DNA of 64,000 bases, from contig NC_057718.1 in NCBI RefSeq assembly GCF_004010195.1, positions 3,750,917 to 3,814,916 of the forward strand, given 5' to 3'. Source of the stretch: Chiloscyllium plagiosum (Eukaryota). The notes beneath the pieces are model-generated. The model worked only from the letters and a program-made list of their open reading frames with translations, made no database searches and had not been told where the DNA came from. This document shows positions 50,313 through 62,519 of this stretch, in pieces (the first letter of the stretch is position 1; each line of letters starts with the position of its first letter). A program made the position numbers and the translations under genes.

Positions 50313-51520
50313 ACAGCATGCTGTAGCATTAGTGAAGCAAAGTTTGTGGTCTTTTTAAAGTTCTCTTTTCTTTATTTTTATTTGAAGTTAATGTGAACAG
50401 CACTTATATATAGCAATGGCACACACATTTCACCGTATTTTATATTGACATACATGTGACAATATATTTCACAATTTCTCAACCCACAGCAGCTCGCTGA
50501 CTGATTCATTAGACATTGCAGCCAACAGGAATTGCTGAAGGAGAAATCAGCTGCCTTTCTTCAGGGTTAAAGGGTTGTTTACTGCAGAGAACAGAGAGAC
50601 AGCTCCTGACCTGGTGGAGATCTGATGAATTCTCTGTATCTTGTAACAGTCTCAAACCTGTTCAGCTCACTGTGAGCTACTCACATTGTTATTGGAATGC
50701 AGAAGTCTTTTGTTATAAATACCTGGTCATGGGTTCACAGACTAATCAGCTACATGCTGTTGGTTTGAACTCCACTATTACTTGTCCTCCTGCCCCATCC
50801 CCTCCCTCCCATCCTGACTCCCTCTCTCTCTCCACACTCCTGCCCGACCTCCTCTGTAAACCCTCTCCCACTACTGCCCCAATAGGAAGCTGTGTAAACA
50901 ACACTTACAATGAGAGTCAGGTTACTTGATTTCATAAAATGCAGGAATCCATTAACAATCTCTGGATTCTAAACCAGTTAATTTTCCATTTCAGTCCACA
51001 CTTAAAAATACAAAACATAAAAACATTTCCACTCCTTGACAGCTCATGTCTCCAGAGAGAAACCAGGACAACTGATTCCAGATCCCTACATCATCTCTCA
51101 GACACTCATAAGGGGTTATTGGAGAGCAACTTAACATGGCTCATCGCCAATTATCCCTCATGGTGACCAGCAACTGATCCTTCAGCAGGAAAACTAAATC
51201 ACTCAAATTACCAAATGAGACATACTGGTCCAACTTGCTTTGTGTAATTCAGAATCAAGGTTGAGTCTGACCGGGATGTTAAGGTCCAAGTATTCCTGAT
51301 TTTCCTTCTGGAATGTACTTCTCTCTGGGAGCTATATTCCTCTTCCACTCAGCTGTATTGTCAGCTGTCCACTGACAGAAACTGTTTGCCAAATCAGTCA
51401 CCTTCATGAAAATAGATATGTTTCAAGACTAATTCCTGCCTCTGTCTAATCAGCATTCAGTCATCTCTCATTTTATAATGATTACTGAACACAATATTTA
51501 TTGTTTCCTTCTTATTACAG

Positions 51521-51562
51521 AATGTGAAGGATTCTCCAGCAGATTCTGACTCAACCTACATG
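51521..51562 (+). CDS. Cytoplasmic exon 3 (NVKDSPADSDSTYM), first part of the ITAM
   Basis: Strong acceptor ttccttcttattacag| and donor |gtaaat; phase 0/0. Confidence 0.8.
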
Positions 51563-52745
51563 GTAAATATCTAGTACTGCAATTAACGTTTGGCTTTACA
51601 ATATTCACCCTATTCCCAAAGAGCTCTCCTTCTGAGTTTCCATTGGTCCCTTCATTTGACTGTCATTTCTATTCACCAATCATCATCAGTGGGAATGGGC
51701 TCAGTTTCTAGCAAATAGGAATGTTCACCATATTGGATTCCCAACTCGATTACTGAGATTTTTCTGTTCTCCACTCTCTGAGCTCATTGCTTTCCAATCC
51801 CAGGGTCAGACCACCAGACACTGAGCCCCTCCTGGACCCTCCAAGTTCAAGTCTCATTCTCTGCCACTTGGCCCTACTGGCTCCCTGCTATCACTTCTTC
51901 CCTCAAAGCCAATCACTGGTCTCCTCAGTCACTGCCAACCTCAGGAGCCAACTATTGTCATCACTGCATTCAACAATTCTCAGAAGAAAAAAGTTCTTCC
52001 ATTTATATTACTCCACTCACAACCCCAGCATGGCTGAGGAGTCGTTACAATGACTGAAGTGCCTTTGAGGTGTGGTCACTGTTATCAGAAAGAGAGCAAC
52101 TGATATAAACACAGCAAGGTCACTGGAGAACAATGTTGCTTTAGAATATAAGAACATAAGAAATAAGAGCAAGTGTACAGCCGACAGCTCCTCCAAGCTG
52201 CTCCACCATTGAATACACGTCCTGGTGAATAATCTGTCCCAAATCCACTTTCCCACCTGCTCCTCATATTCCAGACATTCTCAGAGAAACCAAAGGTCTG
52301 TCCATTCCAACCTGAAATGCTGTCAGTGATGGAACATCATCAACTTTTTTGGAGAGAGAATTCCACAGATTAACAACCCTTTTAGGAAAGTGGATTCTAC
52401 CAAAAAGATCATTTGTATTCCTGCTCGGGAAGACAGGGTTTCAGTGTGACATCTCATTGAAAAGCCTGTCCTGCTGACAGTGCTGCACTGCCTCTGTACT
52501 GTACTGAGGGAGCAGCCTGGATGGTACAATCACATCTCAGGACTCCACTTTCAATCCAAACTCTCCAGTCTCAAAAACAAATGTTTTTCCACTGAGCTGA
52601 CACCAATGAATGAAGGAGGCTGTTAACATGGATCTGGTTCCAGGGATGGAAATCCCTTTTGCCCATGAGCAGTAAATATTGTTCGAATGTGAAATATTTC
52701 TAAATAAGCCATCACTGGTTTTAACATTTCTCTTTTTCCTGTTAG

Positions 52746-52787
52746 CCATTGCAGCAATGGGATCGCTCTATTTACAGTGAGCTTTAA
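52746..52787 (+). CDS. Last coding exon (PLQQWDRSIYSEL-stop), second part of the ITAM
   Basis: Acceptor tttctctttttcctgttag|; phase 0; TAA at 52785-52787; donor-like g|gtatgt immediately after the stop. Confidence 0.8.
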   Translation, partial: PLQQWDRSIYSEL

Positions 52788-53139
52788 GGTATGTTTCTAG
52801 TTTTGCCTCTGACAGGGTTGTTTACCTGATGCAGCAATGTTTATACTGTCTCCAAGAACATGAGAATCTGGGTGTGGGGATTTTGTTATTCATGAGTCTG
52901 AACGCTACTATTATGTACAGCTGCTGGAAAAATTGGAGGAGACTCATGTTATATGCAAACATGACCTTCCTCAGTCTTGTCAATGTCCAGATTAACATTA
53001 GCAATTGGGATACACAGAGCAGGATTATTTCCAGTAAATCCCATGCTTCATGTGATCTGATACAAGATGGAGTCAGAGATCTTTGTACTCTCAGGTCACA
53101 GGCTATGATGCAATGATGATGTCATCACCATATGAAATC

Positions 53140-53800
53140 ATGGAATCATTCAGTCCAAAAGAGACCCTTCAGCCCATCGAGTCTGTTCCATCAATCATTA
53201 CACTAAACGTCCACTAGTCCAAACTTCAACCACTACGTTCACAGCCTTGAATATTACATCATTGCAATTGCTTATCCAACTTAGTTTTGAAGGTTGAGGT
53301 TTCTCACCTCAACTACTCTCCCAGGCAGTGAATTCTATATTCTCACCTTTCGTCAAATCCCCTCTAAACCTCCGGCCTTCCACAGATTCATGGAATCATA
53401 CAGCACAGAAATAGACCTTCGATCTAACTCGTTCATTCCAACCACTTTCCCAGACTAATCTCGTCCAATTTGTGTGTGTTTGGCCCATCTCCAATAAAAT
53501 CTTTCCTGTTCATGTACCTATCCAAATGTCTTTTAAATGTTGCAATTGTACCTGCATCTCCCATTTCCTCTGGCAGTTCATTCCACTTATGAACCACCCT
53601 CCGTGTGAATATATTGCTCCACAGGTCCCTTTTAAATCTTGCTCCAGTCACCTTAAAAATATGCGCCTTAGTTTTGCATCCCTTACCCTCAGGAAACAAT
53701 CTTTGCTCTTCACCCTATCTATGTTCCTCCTGATTTTTAAGGTCACCCCCTCAATGTCTTACGCTCCAGTGAAAAACTCCCAGCCTGTCCAGCCACTCCT
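53140..53800 (-). mobile_element. CR1 3' fragments
   Basis: ORF 53433-53699 (FTRRVVHKWNELP...FKRHLDRYM). Confidence 0.75.
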
Positions 53801-54382
53801 TTTAACTATGGACAAACTCCCCAAGCTCCCTCTATCCCCCTGAGATTCCTTGTGTCCTGTCATTCATTGAGTCCTCCATATCTCATACACCTCCCCTGAC
53901 CCACTAACTGTGTGACTGAACACAACAACCAATGAAGTGGAATTAAAAATCCAGCGTCGTGGTGACCATTGAAACCTGGTCAGTGGTTATCGATGACTTC
54001 CCATTTAATGAACGCATCTGTCAGGGAGAAAAGCCTGTTGCTTATAACTGGGCTGGTCTATATGTGACTCCAGAACCACAGCAATGTAATTGAGTCTAAA
54101 CAACCCGCTGAAATGGCACTAACAAGACAGTCAGTTCAAGGGGCAATTCAGGAATGGGTCATGAATGCTGGCCCAGTCAGTGACATCCACATCCCATGAA
54201 TGAATAAAAAATAAACCATCACTCAACATGGCCCTGTGTTTATTGTAATCATTCTGGGGATGTGGGTGTGGTTGTCTGCACCAGCTTTTATTGACCATCT
54301 TTTGTTACCCTGGTGATGGTATGAACTGACAGTGGGCAGTGAGTGCAATGTGATCACAGGTCATTAGTGGTCATGTCTGAGA

Positions 54383-54407
54383 CACACATACACACACACA
54401 CACACAT
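54383..54407. repeat. (CA)n microsatellite
   Basis: acacacatacacacacacacacaca. Confidence 0.85.
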
Positions 54408-54647
54408 ACTTTTCCAATTTTCCCTTCATAACCCTGAGGTGTTGTGACCAACTGCAGCCTTGACTGACATTGTCTCTGGGATATATACATTCCCCACTGG
54501 CTAGTGAGACAAGGCTGGGAGCTCCCAGGCACGAATCACTGAGTTATCTCCTGAAATAACCCAGTACATGTGAAATTATCTTTTGTTGCTGCATTTGATG
54601 AAAGATTAATTTTGGAAATTAATAATATTTTCAATGTTATTTGACAG

Positions 54648-55087
54648 GCCCTAAAGGAACTCCTGAAACCTAAACTACAGAATCAATCTTTCTGTGCAAT
54701 ACCTGGGTCCTGGAACATAAGGATTATCAGATGCTGACTGCGGGACACTGTTCCCAGACTATACACACTCATTGATAGAAATTGTAAATAGTTGAGGCCT
54801 CAGCACTGACCCTGTGACAGTCTCTGACTCCAGAAGCACAGTTTAATTTGATTAATGTATGTCTCCTCTCTGGGCACTTTGGAATGGCCAACAAATGCTG
54901 GCTCGTTATTAATGCCCAATATCCATGAACAAGTGAAAGGTAGGCTTCGCTAGTTACAGCCCGAAACAACTCATTTATCATTGCTGCTTGTTGTTGTAAA
55001 TCTATCCTCTATTCATGATAAAATGATCCTCCCTTCAATGTGAGCTGTTGTTGGACAGCATAACCTCTGATGTGCTTTAGAAATAAA
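54648..55087 (+). other. Putative non-coding terminal (3' UTR) exon
   Basis: Donor 1 nt after the stop (52789 gtatgt); acceptor-like gttatttgacag| ending 54647 in non-repeat DNA; AATAAA at 55082-55087. End is uncertain. Confidence 0.4.
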
Positions 55088-55879
55088 AATGTACCACATC
55101 GATAGATCGCCCTTTCTCCTCATTGCTTGTTGTTTTGTCAACAAGATAATCAATGTGTCATTAATACTTTCATTTTCACAAAACCTTGGTGACTCTGTCT
55201 GTCTGCACTGAGATTTCAAAGTCTCTTGCTATAACAGCCTTGGTCATGGATTTGAACATTTTCTCCTCTTTGCTATTTTCTTGGCTTTATTACTGACTTG
55301 GAAGAGAACTTGCAGAGGGTGGTATTCGCATATATCTGCTCCCCTTGTGCTTCTAGATGGAAGTGGTCGTGAGTTTAGAAGATGCTGTCTAAGGACATCT
55401 GGTGAATTTCTGCAATGCATCTTGTATCTAGTACACACTGCTGTTACTGAGCATCGGTGGTGGAGGGAGGAGATGACATTCAAAGGTGTCATTCAAGCGG
55501 TTGCTTTGTCCTGGATGGTATCAAGCTTATTTCCTTTTGTTGGGATGTTTAAAGATGATATCACGTACGCCACACGTTCCTTAACTTCTGCCCCTGTAGC
55601 TGACGCCACCACAGCCACTTCCACCTCCATCGACGTCACTCACCTGAATATCAATGATGGCATCACATGTGTCATATGCGATGTCACTTCCGCCCCCTGT
55701 GGATGCCACTGAAGGCACCACTTCCAACTCCCTGAACCTCAGGGTGAGCATCATTTCTGTTGGTGACATCACCCATGATGCTATAACCACACCCACTCTT
55801 GAGAGAGTCTCCACCCCCACTCTCAGCTCCAGCCCACACAAGGTCACACCTCTCACCTCCAGCCCCACACCATGAACTA

Positions 55880-58260
55880 TCTCCCATCTCACCATCCCCC
55901 TGTCCACTTCCTCACTGACCATGAATGATCATTCCTCAGTAAAGGCCTCACCTTCATTCCCCCTATGCTCCTGGTTCAATGAATTGTACACACGTTGCAA
56001 AATCGAACAATTCCACTGCCTCCACTTCTGACTCCATGATTACATTTTCCATCAGGACTCCCACCCACCCTCCAAGGACCCCCTTCTCCCACCTCCAAAG
56101 CAACCCACCCACCTTGACTCCCCATGCTGATCTCTTACCTGCCCTTGATCTCTTCATTTCCAACTGCAGCCTGGACATTGACTGCATCAACCTGTCTGCT
56201 CACCTCACCCAGTCCAACCTTTCACCCTCCCAATGTGCAGTCCTCCACTCCCTTCACTCCAACCTCAATCTCACCATCAAACCAGCAGAGAAAAGGAGTA
56301 CAGTGGTAGTTTGGTGCACTGACCTCTACACCGTGAAGCCAAGCGCCAATTCATGGACTCCTCCTCCTGTTGCCCCCTCAAGCACAACCTCATCTCCCAT
56401 CACCAAACCATTAACTTCCAGACCATCCACAAACCCAATCACTTCAGGGGATCTCCCACCCACAGGCTCCAACCGCATCATCCGGGAACCCTGCACTGCC
56501 TGGGTCTACCTTCTATCCAAAACTTCACAAACCTGACTGCCCCGGTTGACCAGTTGTCTCAGCCTGCTCCTTCCCTGCTGAACACATCCATGCATACCTT
56601 GACAACACCCTGTTCCCCCTTGGTACAGACACGCCCCACCTATGTTGGGGACATCACCCACACACTCCAACTCCTCCATGACTTTAATTTCCCTGGCCCC
56701 AGTGCCTCACCTTCACCATAGACATCCAGTCCCGGTACACATCCATCCGCCTTGACAAAGGCCTCCAAGCTCTCCGCTACTTCCTCTCACAAACACACCC
56801 TCATCTCCCATCACCAAACCATTAACTCCCAGACCATCCACAAACCCAATCACCTCAGGGGACCTCCCACCCACAGGCTCCAACCACATCATCCGGGAAC
56901 CCTGGGCAGCATGGTGGCACAGTGGTTAGCACTGATATCTCACAGTGCCAGAGACCCGGGTTCAATTCCCACCTCAGACAACTGTCTGTGTGGAGTTTGC
57001 ATATTCTCCCCGTGTCTGCGTGGGTTTTCTCCAGGTGCTCCAGTTTCCTCCCACAGTCCAAATATGTGCAGGTTAGGTGAATTGGCCATGCTAAATTGCC
57101 TGTAGTATTAGGTGAAGGGGTAAATGTAGGGGAATGGGTCTGGGTGGGTAGCTCTTCGGAGGGTCAGTGTGGACTTGTTGGGCTGAAGAGCCTGTTTCCA
57201 CACTGTAAGTAATCTAATCTCACACCAATCTAACCAGTCCTCTTTCACTGACATTCTCATCCAATTGACTGAACTGGTCCTCACACTCAACAACTTCTCC
57301 TTTGAATCCTCCCACTACCTCCAGACCAAAAGAGTACACTGGGCAACCACATGGGTCCCAGCTATGCCTGCCTCTTCATCGGCTACGTGGAACAGTCTAT
57401 CTTCCGTAGCTATACCAGCACTATTCCCCACCTTTTCCTCCGTTACATCGATGACTGTACCGGCACCACAATGTGATCCCATGAGGAGGTTGAGCATTTC
57501 ATCAACTTCACTAAAACCTTCCACCCCGACCTCAAGCTCACCTGGACCATTTCAGATACCTTCCTCCCCTTCTGGACCTCTCCAGTACCATTTCCGGTGA
57601 CCGACTCAACATGGACGTACAGTACAAACCCAATGACACCCACAACTACCTGGATTACTCCCAGCCTGCCCTCTGTAAAATCACTATCCCTTATTCCCAA
57701 TTCCTCCGCCTCTGCCACACCTGCTCCCAGGAGGACAAATTCCACAGTAGAACATCCCAGATGGCTTCCTTCTTCAAAGACCACAATATCCCCTCCCATA
57801 TGCTCGATCCCCTACTCCTCACCTTCCACACCCTCAAACTCCGGATATATCGTGTCATCCTCCACCATTTCCACAACCTACAAACATACCCCATCACCAG
57901 GGATATAAATCCGTCCCCACCCCAATCTGTGTTCCAGGGAGAACATTCCTTCTGTGATTCCCTTTCTGTGCCCCAAAACAACCCACCCCCCACTCCCGGT
58001 ACCTTCCCTTGCCACCACAAGTAGTGCAAAACCTTCACCCACACCTCCCCCTTAACCTCCATCCAAGGCCTCAAAGGATCCTTCCACATTCAGCAGAGAT
58101 TTACCTGCACTTTCACACACGTCACCTACTCTACCTGCTGCTCCCGATGTGGACTCCTCTACATTGGGGAGAGAGAACACCTACTTGTGAACCATTTCAG
58201 AGAAAATCTCTGGGACACATGCACCAAACTACCACACTTTCCCGTGGCCGAACACTTTAA
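55880..58260 (+). mobile_element. Degenerate Penelope-like element (RT + GIY-YIG), interrupted by a SINE
   Basis: IKPAEKRSTVVVW, ELVLTLNNFSF, FLRYIDD-like (ttcctccgttacatcgatgac), IPYSQFLRL, and C-terminal CSRCG..YIGE. Confidence 0.85.
56904..57220 (+). mobile_element. HE1-like SINE
   Basis: Full head, body and gtaagtaatctaatct tail. Confidence 0.88.
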
Positions 58261-58261
58261 T

Positions 58262-60660
58262 TAGATTTGGTACTGGGTAATGAACTCGGCCAGCTGTCAG
58301 ATTTAGAGGTAGGTGAGCACTTTGTTGATAGTGACTACAATTTGGTTATGTTTACCTTGGTGATGGAAAGGGATAGGTATACACCCTAGGGCAAAAGTTA
58401 TAGCTGAGGGAAAGGCAATTACAATACGATTCAGCTAGATTTAGGATGCTCAGGATGGGGAAGGAAACTGCAGGGGGTGGGCACATTTGAAATGTGGAGC
58501 TTATTCAAGGAATAGCTGCTGTGGTCCTTGAGAAGTTTGTACATGTCAGGCAGGGAGGAAGTTGTCGAGCGTCGGGGGGGGTGCGGGGGCAGCGTGGTTT
58601 ACTAAGAAAGTTGAATCTCTTGTGTAGATGAAGAAGAAGGCTTATGTTAGGATGAGATGTGATGGCTCAGTTAGGGCACCTGAGAGTTACAAGTTAGCCA
58701 GGAAAGACTGAAAGAAAGAGCTAAGAACAGCCAGGAGGGGACATGAGAAGTCATTGGTGGATTGGATTAAGGAAAAACCTAAGGCTTTCTATAGCTATAT
58801 CAGGAATAAAAGAATGACTACAGTAAGATTCGGGGCAATCGAGCATAGTAGTGGGAAGTTGTGCGTGGAGTCAGAGGAGATAGGGGAAGTGCTAAATGAA
58901 TACTTTCCATCAGTATTCACATTAAAAAAAGACAATGTTGTCGAGGAAAAAACTGAGATACAGGCAACGAGACTAGATGGGATTGAGGTGCATAAGGAGG
59001 ACATGTTAACAATTCTGGAAGTTAAAGATAGATAAGTCCTCTGGGCTGGATGGGATTCATCCTTAGATTCTCTGGGAGGAGGAGATTGTCGAGACTTTGG
59101 CTTTGATCTTTAAGTTGTCATTGTCTACAGGAATAGTGCCAGAAGACTGGAGAATAGCAAATGTTGTTCTCTTGTTCAAGAAGGGGAGTAGAAACAACCC
59201 TGGAAATTCTCGAACTGTGAGCCTTACTTCAGTTGTAGGTAAAGTGTTGGAAAGAGTTACAAGATATAGGATTTATAATCATCTACGGAAGACTAAGTTG
59301 ATTAGTCAACATGATTTTGTGAAGGCTAAGTTGTGCCTCACAAGTCTTATTGAGTTCTTTGAAAAGGTGACCAAATAGGTGGATTGGGGTAAAGCAGTTG
59401 ATGTGGTATAAATGGATTTCAGTGAGGCGTTTGATAAGGTTCCACATGGTAGGCTATTGCACAAAATGTGGAGGCAGGAGATTGAGGGTGATATAGCAAT
59501 TTGAGCTGAAAATGTATTGCTGGAAACGTGCAGCAGGTCAGGCAGTATCCAAGGAACAGGAGAATCGACGTTTCAGGCATAAGCCCTTCTTCAGGAATAT
59601 AGCAGTTTGGCTAGCTGAAAGAAAACAGAGAGTGGTGGTTGTTGAGAAATATTCATCCTGGAGTTCAGATACTCAGGGGATACCGCAAGGATATGTTTTG
59701 GGCCCACTGTTGTTTGTCATTTATATAAATGATCTGGATGAGGACATAGAAGGATGAGTTAGTAAAATTTGCAGATGATACTAAGGTCGGTAGAGTTATG
59801 GATAGTGATGAAGGATGTTGAAGGTTACAGAGAGACATAGATAAGCTGCAGAGCTGGGCTGAAAGGTAGCACATGGAGTTTAATGCAGAAAAGTGTGAGG
59901 TGATTCACTTTGAAAGGATAAACAGGGAGACAGAGTACAGGGCTGATGGTAAGATTTTTGGGAGTGTAGGTGAGCAGAGACTTCTCGGTGTCCAGGTACA
60001 CAGATCCTTGAAAGTTGCCACCCAGGTTGATAGGTTTGTTCAGAAGGCATACAGCGTTAGCTTTTATTGGTAGGAGGATTGAGTTTCAGAACCATGAGGT
60101 CAGGCTGTAGCTGTACAAAACTCTGGTGTGGCCACATTTGGAGTATTGCGTACAGTTCTGGTCACCGCATTACAGGAAGGATGTGGAAGCATTGGAAAGG
60201 GTTCAGAAGAGATTTACTAGGGTGTTGCCTGGTATGGACGGAAGGTCTTATGAGGAAAGGCTCAGGGATTTGAGGCTGTTTTCATTAGAGAGAAAAAGGT
60301 TGAGAGGCAACTTAATTGAGACATATAAAATGATCAGAGGGCTAGATAGGTTTGGAGCCTTTTTCCTCTGATGGCAATGGCTAGCATGAGGGGACATAGT
60401 TTTAAATTGAGGGGTGATAGACATAGGACAGATGTCAGAGGTAGTTTCTTTACTCAGAGAGTAGTAGGGGTATGGAACGCCCTGCCTTCAACAGTAGTAG
60501 ACTTGCCAACTTTAAGAGCATTTAAATTGTTATTAGATAGGCATATCAATGAGAATGGAATAGTGTAGCTTAAGTGGGTTTCAGATTGGTTCCATAGGTC
60601 GATGCAACATCGAGGGCCAAAGGGTCTGTACTGCACTGTGACGTTCTATGTTCCATGTTA
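58262..60660 (+). mobile_element. CR1 LINE ORF2, degenerate, with a Penelope-derived insertion at 59504-59596
   Basis: EDWRIANV, SQHDF, GIPQGYVLGPLLF, PHLEYCVQFWSP; ttctatgttccatg tail; insertion has a 13-bp near-perfect TSD atatagcartttg. Confidence 0.9.
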
Positions 60661-61668
60661 TGTGTAATTTATTTAACTACGATGTAGCAAGCTTGATCAG
60701 ACTAACATCAACACTCTCAAGGGCAGATTAACAAACCCGGGTCAAAGGGAATGTTACTCAGCGACCGTGAACAAGCTCCTCCCCCGACTGAACACAGAGC
60801 AAAAGGTGTTCTTGATCAGGCTTTGGGGAAACAATGTCTGTCACCCCTAAAATTTGCATCTTCACCACTTTTTCTCTGAGTACATCTGGAATATTTCTTT
60901 TCTTACTTTAGTCCTTCAAAATATTCAATTATTTCAATTGTGCCTCCTTCACAAGGAGTGGGTTTTATAAGGCCCTGCCACTGTGTAATATTTAAAGTTG
61001 GGGCAGTTACACAATAAATAAAATGGAGTCCCTGCCCTTTGCCTTCTATTCTAGCTCCTAATTGAGGATGGGATGTGTCAAATCTGCTTTGGGAGTACCC
61101 TGTGCCCAATGGCATACTCTGCGATGACCCATTCCAACTTGACCCTCCTACTCCAGCCTTTCCCCCTCCCCCTTCCCCCTTCCCCAGCTAGTTGGGGCTC
61201 CAATCCCAGCATGAGTACAATGCTCAGGTTTAGGGTCAAGCCCGTGCTCCATGCTACCCTTCCCCGCTCCCCCCACCCACCCCCCGGGGCTGAGAAGACA
61301 AATAATGAAATGAAGTGAGAATGGGACAGGAACCTGTCTCAGACAGAAAGAAAGAATATGTTCAACCATCAAACAATACAGCACAGAAGGCGGCCCTTTG
61401 GCCCATTGTGACAATATCAACTCTTTGAGCCAGATGTCTAATAAGCCCCACTATTCAGTTTCCAACCTCACCAACCCCATTATTAAACTGCAGGGAACCT
61501 TTACTCAGTGTTATTTATTTACAGAGTGAAACAATAAAAGCACAGACCTCTGAACCCAATGCAATCAGTTTTAATACACTTTATGTTTCTGAATCTGAGA
61601 TCGAGTCCTGCACCTACATGCCCTCTCCAAAGCCTTCACATCCTTCTGGTAGTGTGCTGACCAGAAAA

Positions 61669-62068
61669 GTATACAATATTCCAAATGTGACTGAACTAAA
61701 GTTCTATCCATCTGCAACATGAGCTGCAGCTTCATCTAACAGGCAGCTCTGCCCCATTTCCATCTCCCGTTGTCCTGCAGAGGGAAACACCAACACAAAC
61801 CTGGTTCAATCATTTGACACCCACACAGACATTTAAGAAAGCATTTCTTTTTAAAGGTTCACTGAGTATGTATACAATATTCCAAATGTGACTGAACTAA
61901 AGTTCTATCCAGCTGCAACATGAGCTGCAGCTTCATCTAACAGGCAGCTCTGCCCCATTCCCATCTCCCGTTGTCCTGCAGAGGGAAACACCAACACAAA
62001 CCTGGTTCAATCATTTGACACCCACACAGACATTTAAGAAAGCATTTCTTTTTAAAGGTTCACTGAGT
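61669..62068. repeat. Near-perfect tandem duplication, 201-bp period
   Basis: 61669-61867 is repeated at 61870-62068 with about two mismatches. Confidence 0.92.
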
Positions 62069-62519
62069 GTTGATGTGGATTTGAGTGAAACCAACAAAGG
62101 CTCTCAGTTTCGATCTCTGCGCAATGTTGCTTAAAGTGACCCCAATCACAATCTTCCTGAATGCTCTTTAATTTCTTTGTTTTATCCACTGTCACATCCT
62201 GGGAGGTGCATGCTTGGGGAGGACAGAAGCAGACTCACTGGTGATGGGACTCAGGTTGAACTGTTTGCCAGATCTGACTATGTGGGGTCACCACCTGACT
62301 CAGAGTTTGCTGAATGAATGTTGCTGCATGGATCAATCCAAGGGGCAGTCATGAGGGATTTGGGGCAGATTCCAGGAAGCTAGTTTGACCGGCACCAATC
62401 TCTGGGAGGATTGACCTGAGAGATTTTGATGTTCAAACAGGGCCATCAACAATTCAGCACATTCTTTCTGTTTAAATAATCATCCAGTCCCCTGTTAAAT
62501 GCCTCAATTGGACCTTAAA

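Noticed and set aside
55570-55880. Thr/Ser/Pro-rich mucin-like stalk exon
   Set aside because: It is downstream of the stop codon, directly adjoins the Penelope-like ORF remnant and lacks convincing splice sites; probably part of the element
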